A stretch of 64,000 bases of DNA from Eledone cirrhosa (taxonomy: Eukaryota). The DNA is taken from positions 99,386,001 through 99,450,000 of the forward strand of contig OZ024742.1 of assembly GCA_964016885.1 (NCBI GenBank), given 5' to 3'. The translations under genes were made by a program, and so were the position numbers. Within the stretch, counting starts at the first letter, position 1, and each line of letters starts with the position of its first letter. Of this stretch, positions 45,762 through 58,197 are shown piece by piece. The notes under the pieces are model-generated. The model was not told the DNA's origin. It was given only the letters and a program-made list of their open reading frames with translations, and made no database searches.

Positions 45762-45833
45762 TTCTCACAACTGACCAATGGTAGGAGAGAGTGTCATAGG
45801 ACACTCTCTCCTACCATTGGTCAGTTGTGAGAA
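45762..45833. repeat. Perfect hairpin with arms of about 34 bp, present in the left pLTR only
   Basis: TTCTCACAACTGACCAATGGTAGGAGAGAGTGTC atag GACACTCTCTCCTACCATTGGTCAGTTGTGAGAA. Confidence 0.95.
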
Positions 45834-46041
45834 CATTCCTCAGTCAAACGTCTCTAGAAAGACAATCTGTTGTGGTTGTTTTTGTTAAGTACAGCTGACC
45901 TCCTCCCTTGTGTCTATTTGTGTTAGGGGTTCAGTTGGCAGGTGAGCCTTAGTTCTACTGCTGATGTCTTTAGAAGAATGAGTGTGTGTGCGTTGGCATC
46001 AATCCCACCACCCTTTCACGTGGTGGGGGGTGCCAAACAGA

Positions 46042-46230
46042 TAATTGTTTCTACTTTAGGCACAAGGCCAGCAATTAACCAGTGCATTACTGGTACTTTA
46101 TTTTATCGACCCCGTAAGGATGAAAGGCAAAGTCAACCTCGGCGGGATTTGAACTCAGATCGTAAAGGGACGTAACTATGCTGGAAATCATGGCGTCCGA
46201 CCCTCTACCGATACTGCCAATCCACCGCCC
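46042..46230 (-). mobile_element. SINE family 1, variant a
   Basis: TSD TGCCAAACAGATAAT (46031-46045 and 46243-46257). Confidence 0.9.
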
Positions 46231-46303
46231 TGATAATCCACTGCCAAACAGATAATGGATTCAGATAAGGTATGGAAGACCATCTCACTGTAGAACTCCC
46301 AGC

Positions 46304-47260
46304 GTGGGTAACAACCACCCCAGAGATACGGGCCGGGAAGTTAGCAGAACACATAGCGCCCAAAGGGGAAGCAGCAATGCGGGAACCACTAGCAACCCAA
46401 CAACTCCCCAACAGCCCACGACACGCTCAACCCACCCACATAGGAGTAGACACAGAAAGAACACGTGGTACAACCCACCATACTCAGCGGCCCTAAAGAA
46501 CAGCATGTCCCGCTCATTCTTTAGAGCACTAGATAAATGCTTCCCGAAGGACCATAGATACCACAAGATCTTCAACAGACACACTGTAAAGATCTCATAT
46601 TCTACCACGCAAAATGTGGCCCAGCATATAGCTAACATTAATAGGGGTAGAATTAAAAACCACACACAACCGGAAGCTGGCAATATAGGCACCCGGCAGA
46701 ACCATGTGGAGGGAAAGAAGCATGGACCCAGTAACCCAAACAGACCCAGGGACCCCCCAGCGGGCCCGGGGGAGGACCACCATATAATACGCAACGGGAA
46801 CCCCACATTAGGCACGCGGAGGTCGACCACCTCCTGCAACTGCAGAAACCCAGCATTATGCCCCCTTAGTAATGAATGACTAAGGAAGAACTTAATATAC
46901 GGATGTAGAGTAAAAACCCCCAACTCTGAACACCATTACATAGTGGCCACATCAACGAGCTTTAAGGACCTATGGTATAACCATCGTCATTCCTTTAACA
47001 GGGAGGACAAAAGGAAAAGTACGGCTCTTTCCGAACTGATCTGGAAGCTCAAGCTGGAAAGGACCCCGTACTCTCTGGCCTGGTCCAAAATCAGGAATGT
47101 ACCACCTTATACAGGGGGATCTGGCATCTGCAAACTATGTCTGAGCGTGACCCTCGAGATACTCAGCGGTGGAAGCAGCCTGATAAACCTCAGGACTGAC
47201 TTCTTCGGGACATGTAGACACCTCAGGGCCGGGACCTTCCTCAAGCTATATGAACAATAA
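46304..47260 (+). pseudogene. Penelope-like ORF 3' part (linker, Cys motif, GIY-YIG) with an internal stop
   Basis: RKNTWYNPPYS...FPKDHRYHKIFNRHTVKISYS...CNCRNPALCPL* then FKDLWYNHRHSF...STALSELIWKLK...CKLCL. Confidence 0.92.
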
Positions 47261-47568
47261 CAACACTTTGGGATGGGAACTTCCCTCAAGCTATAGGGAC
47301 TTCCCCGGGACATGTAGACACCTCAGGGCCGGGACCTTCCTCTAGCTATATGGGCAACAACAACGTATTGGGAAGGGAACTTCCCTCAAGCTATAGGGAC
47401 AGTAGCCCCGCCACACCGTGCCCACGGTAAACCACCCCCTATACGTTCACCACCCCTACCCCTACCTCGATCGACTCCTATGGCAGCACAGACTTATGCA
47501 TATGTTCATACATAGATCCTGTTATTTAAGATTGCACATGCACTGATACTTACATATATGTGTCTGTG

Positions 47569-47601
<33 letters not shown>

Positions 47602-48148
47602 GTGTGCATGTGTGTGCGTGTATATATATACATATACATATATATATATGGGTGTGTGTGTGTTTGTATAATCTGTGTGTAGGTGTGTGTGAATATGGGA
47701 TGCACCTGGGCCCGTGTTGGTGCGTGTGGACTTGCAACGATGTGTGTTGACATACACGCATATGTACTCTATGCCGAATTAAAAACTGTAGTCCTCTGCA
47801 TTTCCGGATTTTGACACTCAGGTTATGGTGTTTTACACTCCACTCTTGCCTAATTTGCTCTTAACACGCACCACCCTATGATAGTGTAAAGATCGTAATC
47901 CTTTGCATTTCCCGATTCTGACACATATACTTCAGTCAATACTTTCCAAATCTTTCAAACTTTAATATTAGCTATAACACACACGCACTTTATTCTTACT
48001 TGATATTTGATATTGGCTATAACAAACACGCATTTTATTCTATTTTATTCATTTTTTTTTTTTTTTGCTTCTTCATTTTATTGTATCGTATCTTATTATT
48101 TTATTATTTATTTCTTCATTTTACCTTATCTGATTCCATTATCTGTTT

Positions 48149-48337
48149 CGGTGGATTGGCAGTATCGGTAGAGGGTCGGACGCCATGCTTTGACGCATAG
48201 AGTTACGGCCCTTGCCATTCTGAGTTCAAATCCCGCCGAGGTTAACTTTGCCTTTCATCCTTACGGGGTCGATAACATAAAGTACCAGTAATACACTGGG
48301 TAATTGTTGGCCTTGTGCCAAAAGTAGAAACAATTAT
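48149..48337 (+). mobile_element. SINE family 1, variant b
   Basis: TSD ATTATCTGTTT on both sides. Confidence 0.9.
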
Positions 48338-48745
48338 CTGTTTGGCACCCCCCACCACGTGAAAGGGTGGTGGGATTGATGCCAACCCACACACACTCAT
48401 TCTTCTAAAGACATCAGCAGTAGAACTAAGGCTCACCTGCCAGCTGACCCCCTAACACCAATAGACACAAGGGAGGAGGTCATCTGTACTTAACAAAAAC
48501 AACCACAACAGATTGTATTGCCTCGGAAAAAAAAAATTTCTATAGACTTTTGACTGAGGAATGTTCTCACAACTGACCAATGGGAGGAGAGAGTCTCTTA
48601 TGAAGCCGAAATTCGTCTGTTAGAATTCATATGATTCCAGTTCCTCAGAGAAATAACAACTCAACCAGGAGCTGGACATATCGGAGTATTGACGGAGTAA
48701 AACACTTTAACAACATGTGTACCTGTCTCTACCACACCAATTTGA

Positions 48746-48800
48746 ACTGCCTGAAGAGGTCACAGCCAATGATGGCTGTCACCGAAATATATATAGCAGT
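48746..48800 (+). ncRNA. Type I hammerhead motif (family H)
   Basis: ACTGC CTGAAGA GGTcACAGCC aatgat GGCTGTcACC GAAA T atat ATA GCAGT; palindromic stem III. Confidence 0.85.
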
Positions 48801-48951
48801 ACATATTTAATAAACGAAGCCAAATCTTAAATATTTGACTTAATTACTTTATTTTACATTACTCCGGAGTAACCAAACCAACCTGCGTACTTCGTCGAGT
48901 GCTCCAATCTGCATACTGAGGTGTCGGTAAACAACCAACATATACTCAAAA

Positions 48952-48994
<43 letters not shown>

Positions 48995-49243
48995 TCTTTT
49001 ACTCTTTTACATGTTCCAGCCATCCGGCTGAGGCAATGCTGGGCACCGTATATATCAAGATGGATACAGTCAGAAACTGGTTAGACCATTACCCACCAGA
49101 GTACTCGATACTTGGGGTAGTATAACATATTTATATGAAAGAGACGGGAGCCCGGTGGCTGAGCTCTTGATAATTCAACAGCTAGTTTCAGACACTTTCA
49201 TATCTATAGAGAGACACACACACATATTTATTATTATATATAT

Positions 49244-49430
49244 TAATTGTTTCTACGTTAGGCACAAGGCCAGCAAATTACCCAGTGCATTACTGGTACT
49301 TTATTTTATCGACCCCGTAAGGATGAAAGGCAAAGTCAACCTCGGCGGGATTTGAACTCAGATCGTAAAGGGACGTAACTATGCTGGAAAGCATGGCGTC
49401 CGACCCTCTACCGATACTGCCAATCCACAC
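49244..49430 (-). mobile_element. SINE family 1, variant a
   Basis: Nearly identical to 46042-46230. Confidence 0.9.
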
Positions 49431-49445
49431 CCTATATATTAATGG

Positions 49446-49637
49446 AGGTGGATTGGCAGTATCGGTAAAGGGTCGCACACCATGCTTTGAAGAATAGAGT
49501 TATGGCTCTTGCCATTCTGAGTTCAAATCCCGCCGAGGTTAACTTTGCCTTTCATCCTTACGGGGTCGATAAAATAAAGTACCAGTAATACACTGGGATA
49601 ATTGCTGGTCTTGTGCCAAAAAGTAAAAACAATTATT
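49446..49637 (+). mobile_element. SINE family 1, variant b
   Basis: Shares the CTTGCCATTCTGAG diagnostic with 48149-48337. Confidence 0.9.
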
Positions 49638-50039
49638 ATATATATTAAAAGAGAGAAAGAGAGAGAGGAAGAGACGGTATAATGAAAGAAAAGAATGAGG
49701 GAGAGAATGAAATAAGGATATAAAACGATGTATAGACATACATAGGTAAAAACGAAGACAGAGAAATAACTAAACAAATAGACAAACAGTAAGAGATTCC
49801 GCAACAACAACTACTATTTGAGGTTACTCTACGGTGTGTTAGCCAGAACATATAATTAACAGAACAAAATATATACTAAATAACGAAGGAAAGAATAGAA
49901 AAAGCAAATATGTGTGTGGATAAAAACATTGTTGGATAGCAATATTGTACGTGCATGCGCACACATAGACATACACATGTGTGTATATCTGCATGTGTGT
50001 TTGTGTTTGTTTGGATATGTTTGCATAGGTGTACGCATC

Positions 50040-50070
<31 letters not shown>

Positions 50071-50278
50071 AGTATGTACACGTACATACATATATGTATA
50101 CAGACGTAAAGTAGTATGTTTATATATATACATACATGCACACATATATATATATATGCACGTATGGATTCACCGAACATTTATTATAATGCCCGGTGTG
50201 TTTATAAACAAACATCCCGTATTAAGCCGTAGTTTCTAGCAACCACCGTTGCTCGTTTGTTCAACACTGACAAAGGAA

Positions 50279-50319
50279 CGCTGAACTAGTTTCAAGCTTG
50301 TTAGCTATCGTCAGCAACG
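50279..50319 (-). ncRNA. Type I hammerhead motif (family F)
   Basis: Minus strand: CGTTG CTGACGA tAGCTaacaAGCTt GAAAC ta GTT CAGCG; palindromic ACTAGT stem III. Confidence 0.75.
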
Positions 50320-50698
50320 TATACCTTCCTGCCAGATTGTTGAACGTATATACTTACCTTATGCATATTAACGGCTGGGTAGCCCAATTTGCATATCGAG
50401 CGGGTTAATCGGCCGGGTGCACCGAAAATGATAAACGGAAAAAATGAAACGATATTTCATTTCCCACTCTTAGTACGGCTGTTACTTAAATATAAGTATG
50501 TACACGTACATACATATATGTATACAGACGTAAAGTAGTATGTATATATATATACATACATGCACACATATATATATGCACGTATGGATTCTACGAACAT
50601 TTATTATAATGCCCGGTGTGTTTGTAAACAAACATCCCGTATTAAGCCGTTGTGTCTAGCAACCACCGTTGCTCGTTTGTTCAACACTGACAAAGGAA

Positions 50699-50739
50699 CG
50701 CTGAACTAGTTTCAAGCTTGTTAGCTATCGTCAGCAACG
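50699..50739 (-). ncRNA. Type I hammerhead motif (family F)
   Basis: Identical motif 420 bp from the previous one. Confidence 0.75.
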
Positions 50740-50918
50740 TATACCTTCCTGCCAGATTGTTGAACGTATATACTTACCTTATGCATATTAACGGCTGAGT
50801 AGCCCAATTTGGATATCGAGCGGGTTAATCGGCCGGGTGCACCGAAAATGATAAACGGAAAAAATGAAACGATATTTCATACTAAGAGTGGGAAATGAAA
50901 TATCGTTTCATTTTTTCC

Positions 50919-51004
<86 letters not shown>

Positions 51005-51063
51005 ATGTATATATATATATATATATCAACTAGAAATAGATTGACATATATATATATAAAATA

Positions 51064-51128
<65 letters not shown>

Positions 51129-51254
51129 CTGGAAAAGAGTGAAATGAAATTTCATTTCTCACTCTTGGTACGGCTGATACTTAAATGTAAGTATGTATAC
51201 GTACATACATATATGTATACAGACGTACAGTAGTATGTATATATATACATGCAT

Positions 51255-51324
<70 letters not shown>

Positions 51325-51744
51325 GAGAGAGAGAGAGAGAGACATTTATAAATATATATATGTATATATTTTCAATATTAAAAGTAGAAACTGTTTATTG
51401 AATGTTCAAATTTCCTCGCAGCTCATTAACATTTCCAAACAACCAAACGATTTTCTGCATGATTATCCTCAATAAACTACATATGGGTTCATTTTTAGCT
51501 ATCTCGTCTTCATTATGTTTGGTATAAGAAATAAGAAAGTCAGTATAGATTTGGCCGAGGGGTGAGAAAATTCACTTATAATTATGGTATCTATTATAAT
51601 TTATTTTTGCTATTTTGCGATGCATTTAATTTACGATGTCTTATGCTACTGTCTACCATTTTCAATCTTCTGAAAATTGATTTATTTTTCATCAGGAATT
51701 TAAATATAACATAAACCATGTAATTTAAATTTCCACCTGCTTTT

Positions 51745-51799
<55 letters not shown>

Positions 51800-54700
51800 T
51801 GTGTTTCTTTCTTTATTTGTTTGTTTTTGTTTTATTTATTTATATTTGTTGTTGATTATCTTAAGTATAAACGAAAATTGCTAGACTTATTGAACGTGCA
51901 AGCTCATAGGCTCGGATTAGCAACTCACTATATGTAGTTTCTCGTTTCACTGTCAATAGAACACAGTCGCATGGTAGTGAATTGGTAGTTATTCCGTTTT
52001 TCTTCACTCTGAGTTCAAATTTGATCGAAGCCAACTTTGCAATTCACTCTTTAGCTGTCGATGAATGAAGTATATTTCAAGCATTGGGGTCGAAGCCCCA
52101 CATCTCTCTCTCTCTCTCTGATTCATCTATACAAAGGGACCATACAAGTATTGCTCATAAAGCGGAGCCAACAATCCTGTCAGCACCACACTGTAAACCA
52201 GAAAAGAAAGAATGAACACAACCATAAATTAGATGTTTATCACAGACAATGTAAGAACACGTGTGTTAGTGGTAAGAATATTCTGCAAACGAATGTAAGC
52301 TCATGAATTCGATTCCTAGCGAAACGTTTTGTCATTCAGCTAAAACAATTTATATAACATTGCTCCAGTACATTCAACCGGAAAAGATAGCTGTATATAT
52401 GACTAAATAGGCCAACTTTGCCATACACTGCGTCACGCGGAATTCTCTTGAGAAATATATTAGGCTAAACGTGTTTTTGTAATATTCAACCACTTCAACG
52501 TAAATTTCGCAAATGGGCTTTTCTACCGATCAAACTCATGGAATACTCGCAGTGGGAACGACGGAGGTGTCAACACATCACAGACAAGCCTAACATCATT
52601 TCAAAATTAAAGTGACTATACGAGAGCTATGGTGTTTAGTTTTGTATCTCTTTGTTCTTAGATTGGAGTCGAACCGATTTATTCAATGACTTACACATCT
52701 CCGAAGGGTAATCGTTTGTTTCTTTTGTTTAAAATTTTGCCGTTCCCACAAATACAATGTACGTATGTATGTACGAGTGTATGTATGCATGTATGTATGT
52801 ATTTATGTATATATGTATGCATGTATTTATATATGCATGTATGTATTTCGAACTTATTTAAACTGATTGTTTTAGTCGAATCACAAATTTACATGGCATA
52901 AACAGTAAATTCAAACACACATAAACACATGCACACATACGTACAGACATAAACACATTTATAAGAGCACACACGCAGACAGTGACATATGCACGCGTAA
53001 TTATAGATATATACAACGGATTTATGCACAGTTTCTGCCTACAAATTTCCACGTTCAGTCAACCAGAAGACCTAGGTGTCACTCAGTAGGATTAAACCCG
53101 GAAATAAAAATGTTCCTCATATATCTAGGATGGTTTAGTACAAGTAAAACGCTTCCAATAGTTTATATTTTCAAAATAATCAGTCTTTATATTCTGTAAA
53201 TAATGGAATTATATAATAAAACATAACGAATGAAAAAGAAAATAGTCCGAGTCGTGTTTCGGCTGCGCGCTTCAGACAAAATGATAAAGGCATTGCAGCG
53301 GACAATCGTCAATGTCACCTAATTTTACAGAGGGGGTCTGTCAATGCCTGAGGTCTCGACAGTGGACGGTGCAAATAGGAAGCGGCCGGACAAGCCCTTG
53401 TCAATTGTACTGTATTTCTTTAGGTTTCATCTGAATTTCTAAGTAGAGGAATTATCAGAACCTTAGTCTGGCTCCATTGGCACACAAACAAACTCATTTG
53501 GTGTCGGTTGCTGCCTATAGGTCCATCTGGACGGCATGCCTGAACATTTGTCTCCCTCACCACCACCCTCACGGCCCACTGTTGAATAGGTAGGCAAAGA
53601 AGAAGAAGAAGAAGAAGAAGAAGAAGAATGTTTAACATGCATTGGTTTCTTAGGACGGTTGTTCATGGCTTCGTTTGGACGTTTTACACTAAAGTCTTCT
53701 ACAATTTTATGTTTTATTAGGTAAAGTTCACAGAATATCAAGCGAACCAGTTATTAAACAATGGAAGTAGATTGTTTGTTTCGGTCGTCTATTCCTGAGA
53801 GATCATTCAGTCAAAACAAAATTTGAATATATAGTGTTAGCTTATTTTTTATCAGATAAATAACATTTTATAATGTTAGCTATTAAAAATCGTATAGAAA
53901 TTTTGTTTTTTCTTTAACTAATATATATTTTGTGGGGATTTTGTCCTGGATTGATTTGCTCCGATAGCGTTTTTGTCCGGCGAGGTTTTTTGTCCGGCGA
54001 GTTTTTCTCCGATGCAAATTATTTTCCGGTGCAAATTATTTTCTTAGAGTTTTTCTCCGATAAAAGATTTATCCACACCACAGTCAAGAATTATTGTCTT
54101 TAATTTTGTTGTTTATTTTGTGGTTGTTACACCAACATTTTATTGTCATTTTCGAACAGCAAAGATTACATTACGTTTTGTGTGTGCTCGTACAATATGC
54201 TGTTTCTATTGAGCTAACGACATTTTCGTTTCCATCTTGTTAGTTTCAAGAGTCGAAAGGGTTGTGGAGCTGTTCTTCTAATGTAGGTAGAAGTATTCAT
54301 TTAATCCTCGTTTTCTTTAACCAGTTTATCTAGGGCTAACCTAAACATTCATCAGTATGGGGTTAGTAAACAATCGAAGGTAATTTAACTGTAAGCTATA
54401 TAGGTTAATTTAGCTTTATATTATGTGTTAGACTTTGCCTCTCTTTATTTCGGGTGAAGTCTATTTACTTCTCCTGCTTTGCATCCTAGACATAATTTGT
54501 ATTATAATATAAAGGGAAGATATTAACTTCTGCAAATGATTTACAGTTAGGCGAATCACATATATGGGTTGGAATTTTGTCAGAAACCACATTGTTTAGC
54601 AACTTAATAATCTGTAAAGGAAACATACTAGTAGTGTATTAAGGTCGGTTTACTCAAACTAACATTTTTGGCATGAGAGCTTTTTAGCAAAAATGAGCTA

Positions 54701-55129
54701 TGTGAGTCACAATGCCGACTATAAGCTGCAAAACTAGTGCGAAGAGCCCTGACCCAGGTTCCTTTCTGGTCCAGCGAGGTTTATTTTCTTATCAAGACGG
54801 CTGAGATGTTACGGTTTCGGACAAAATTGCTTGTTATATTTATTCCGGCACATTGTGTCTGAGTTTAAATACACTGTAATTCTTTCAGAGGCGACAAATA
54901 AAGCAAAATTCTAGATCGTTGAATTGGCAGGATTACAATAGCATTAGATAAGAGGCTTTGTTATTCAAAACCTATCATTGTCTACTTATGTGAAAGACTT
55001 ACTTCTTCGTCTAAATGAAGACCACCAACATGCCCGTGGAAGACCTTAACAGAATCTACTCTTTTGCAAGCACACTCACCACACCAATACTTATCGTAAC
55101 ACTTATTTTCATGACTATTTTCACTGCTC

Positions 55130-55960
55130 TTAATTAACAATGCGGTTATCACTGTTTTATATCTGGCTATATTATGTTCACAGCCATTCTAAAGTGTTCA
55201 ATATACGTCATACACATCCGCTCTCAAAGTGATCCTCTATCATTAAACATGCTTTGTTTGTAGATGCATATAATGCTAAAGAATCTCTGCTCTCAGCATT
55301 CCTCTAATGATAAGGTAAATTCGTTTTATTTGCCCTCGCTCCAACTTCAAATAATCTCTGTTCATACCTGTCCACCCACGTTAACTAAGCTCCGCTCGCA
55401 GCTGTCCTCTAATGTTAATGAAACTGGTTTATAACTGTTCCGGTATTAACCAATTATTTTCCACAGTCATTCCCTCATGTTAATGCTTCTCCTTTCACAG
55501 CTGTCCTTAAACTTTAAGCGTTCTCGGTTCATAGGTATCATCCGGTGTCATCCAGTGTTGAACAAGCCCCAGTTATAGATTTCATACATATCTGACCTCC
55601 TGTGGTAAAAAAGACCAGCTCATAGCTAGCCTTAATTGTCAAGCAATCTCTGTTCAAAATTGCTCTCCACTGCCAACAAAGCTTCCTGCAATGTTAAGCA
55701 CGATCTTTACATAGCGGTCTTCCATGGTCAAACATGCTAAATGTATAGCTGTGTCTTCTATTCAGAGCTCATCTTCAGTCTCAGCCATCAACTATACGTA
55801 GATTCTTACAATGTCAGCCAAGCTTTCTCCAAGTTTTCCTCCGTTCTCTGCTGTCCCCCATAAATAGATGTCCTATCGGGTTAAGCAAGCTCCAATTATA
55901 GATATCCTCGAGTGTGAAACAAGCTCAATTCATAACCGTGCTCCAATGTCAACAAAGCTA
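55130..55960. repeat. Degenerate minisatellite with a 33-34 bp period
   Basis: Recurring TCATAGCTGTCCTC..ATGTTAA-like unit, e.g. near 55367, 55401, 55434 and 55500. Confidence 0.6.
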
Positions 55961-56424
55961 TTTTTATCGCTATTAGTATTCACATCAAAGGATATCTATG
56001 ATTGTACACAACGAAATAAATAAATGAATTAATAACTCGGTGAAAAAGTGCTGGCGGTGAGATGGTGAACTAATATTTATTTCCCGTAGTCGTTGATGTT
56101 TGTATTTTGGTGTTGGGGTGAGATGACATTGGTGGGGTGTTGGCAATGATAATGATAGTAATGGGAAAGTTGCTGTTGAATGGGGACGTAGATGATGGGG
56201 ATAATGTTATTAGTGATAATAATGGTTGTGGTGACAGTGTTGGTGGTGATGGTGGTGGTGTTGACAGTGTTCATGACTGTGTTAGCGATAATGAAAATAG
56301 TGATGGCGGTGTTAATGCTGATGGTAATGGTAAAATTATTGGTAGTGTTGATGAAGGTGTGCGTAGTGGTAAGGGTGGTGGTAGTGGTGTTGGTAGTGAT
56401 GGTGGTAGTGGTAGTATTATTGAT

Positions 56425-56498
56425 ACGGGGTTGATAAAATAAAGTACCAGTAATGCACTGGGACAATTGCTGGCCTTGTGCCAAAAGTAGACACAATT
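56425..56498 (+). mobile_element. SINE family 1, 5'-truncated
   Basis: 3' portion only; ATTATTGAT duplicated on both sides. Confidence 0.8.
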
Positions 56499-57420
56499 AT
56501 TGATGAAGATGCTAGTTGTGGCAAGATTGATGGTAGAGTTGATGAATGTGTTGTACATGATGATGGTGGTGTTAGTGGCAGTAATGGTGGTTGTGTTGCT
56601 GAAGGTGAGTTTGTTGTTGTTGGGGGTAGTCATGTTGGTAGTGTCGATGAAAGTGTTGTAGATGGCGGTGGTATTAGCAATGAAGGTATTGGGGTAGGAA
56701 GTGGTAATTGTATGGAGTGGGTGTTTCACAGTAGCTGACTTGATTAGTAATCTGGTAAAGCATGACTAATGTAGTTTTTTTTTAGTGATTTAGCATCAAA
56801 GGATAACTGTTATTGTTGCAGTTTTTGTTGTTGTTGTATTCGTTGTTGTTTTTGTTTTTGTTTTTGTTGCTGTAACTGTTGTAAATGTTGTAGCTGTTGT
56901 TAGTGGTGGCGGGTGTTATTTGGTGACATTAAAGGTAGTGGTGGTGTGTCATTCAGAAATTATAGTGATGTTAATGATGATAGTAGAGGAAGCCCTGGTA
57001 ATGATGCTAGTGTTGTCGTTGTTGTTGCCTTTGTTGTTTCTTTTGTTGGCATGGTTGTATTTGCCATCGTGGCTGTTGTTGCCCTTCGATTAGTTAATAT
57101 TGTTTTTGTTGTTATTGTAGTAGTTGACGTTGTTTTTTACAGTTCAGCCATGAAAATCGTAGCTATTTTATCGATCTATTCAGTATGATCTATTTGTCTA
57201 AATAAAGAGAATACATTAACATGGAACCGTAAATTCCGAGGGAATCGTAAGAGAATCTTTCCAAGTTGAACATTTAAAAAATGACGGTGTCCGTTCATCT
57301 TAGGGCTGAACAAAGTCGATTCCTTGCAGAAGCCATCCCATCGACATGGTCATCTCATGAAATAGAGAGAACAAAACAATCTTACTCATACATACACACA
57401 CAGATACAGACACGGACAGC

Positions 57421-57586
<166 letters not shown>

Positions 57587-57632
57587 AAATAAAATAAATA
57601 AGTCAAATGTTTCAAATTTTGATTCGGTTATT

Positions 57633-57687
57633 ACTGCTATATATATTTCGGTGACAGCCATCTTTGGCTGTGACCTCTTCAGGCACT
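57633..57687 (-). ncRNA. Type I hammerhead motif (family H) in a solo pLTR fragment (57585-57830)
   Basis: Minus strand: TGC CTGAAGA GGTcACAGCC aaagat GGCTGTcACC GAAA T atat ATA GCA. Confidence 0.75.
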
Positions 57688-57829
57688 CCGAATTATTTTG
57701 GTAGAGACGAGTACACATGTTGCTGAGGTGTTTAATTTTGTCAATACTCTGATATGCCCAGTTCCTGGTTGTGCTGTTATTTCACTGAGGAACTGGAATT
57801 GTATGTGTACAACCAACATATACTCAATA

Positions 57830-57866
<37 letters not shown>

Positions 57867-58197
57867 AAAAAAAGGGGAGAAAACAGCTGAAAATGCTAGA
57901 GTGATTTTTCAGAATAACATTAAAACATTTATTAACAAAATAGGGATTTCCGAATTTAACTGTACCGGTTTCAGCTTTATATGCTTTTTCAGCGACGGGA
58001 GTGTATAGTGCAGTTAAATTGCATATTAGTAAGAATAATAAGAAATTGGAGAAAACATTTTGTCCGTAGTTAGCTTTCGTTCTCTGTTAGTGTTAACCCC
58101 CTGTTGGTGAATCCTTACTATTTTTTTTATATATATCAACTCGTGTGTCACTTCACTACATCCCATTTATATATAGTAATAATAATAAATTTGAAGA

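Larger units (their letters stand above)
45534..48853 (+). mobile_element. Penelope-like element with inverted pLTR arms of about 740 bp
   Basis: 45534-46272 is the reverse complement of 48122-48853; an internal linker/GIY-YIG coding region is present; each arm has an HHR. Confidence 0.9.
50071..50880 (-). mobile_element. Tandem dimer of a 420-bp hammerhead-containing unit (retrozyme-like or PLE pLTR array)
   Basis: Sequence at 50221-50460 recurs at 50641-50880; one HHR per unit; short inverted end copy at 50880-50922. Confidence 0.85.

Noticed and set aside
47208-47400. Repeat-spacer-like array
   Set aside because: A simple tandem duplication of about 100 bp at the PLE ORF end; eukaryotic context, no CRISPR features
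53930-54075. TTTTGTCCGGCG-like short repeats
   Set aside because: Possibly a DNA-transposon subterminal array, but no matching opposite end or transposase was recognised
56077-57188. Gly/Asp/Val-rich ORFs
   Set aside because: Degenerate trinucleotide low-complexity sequence interrupted by a SINE
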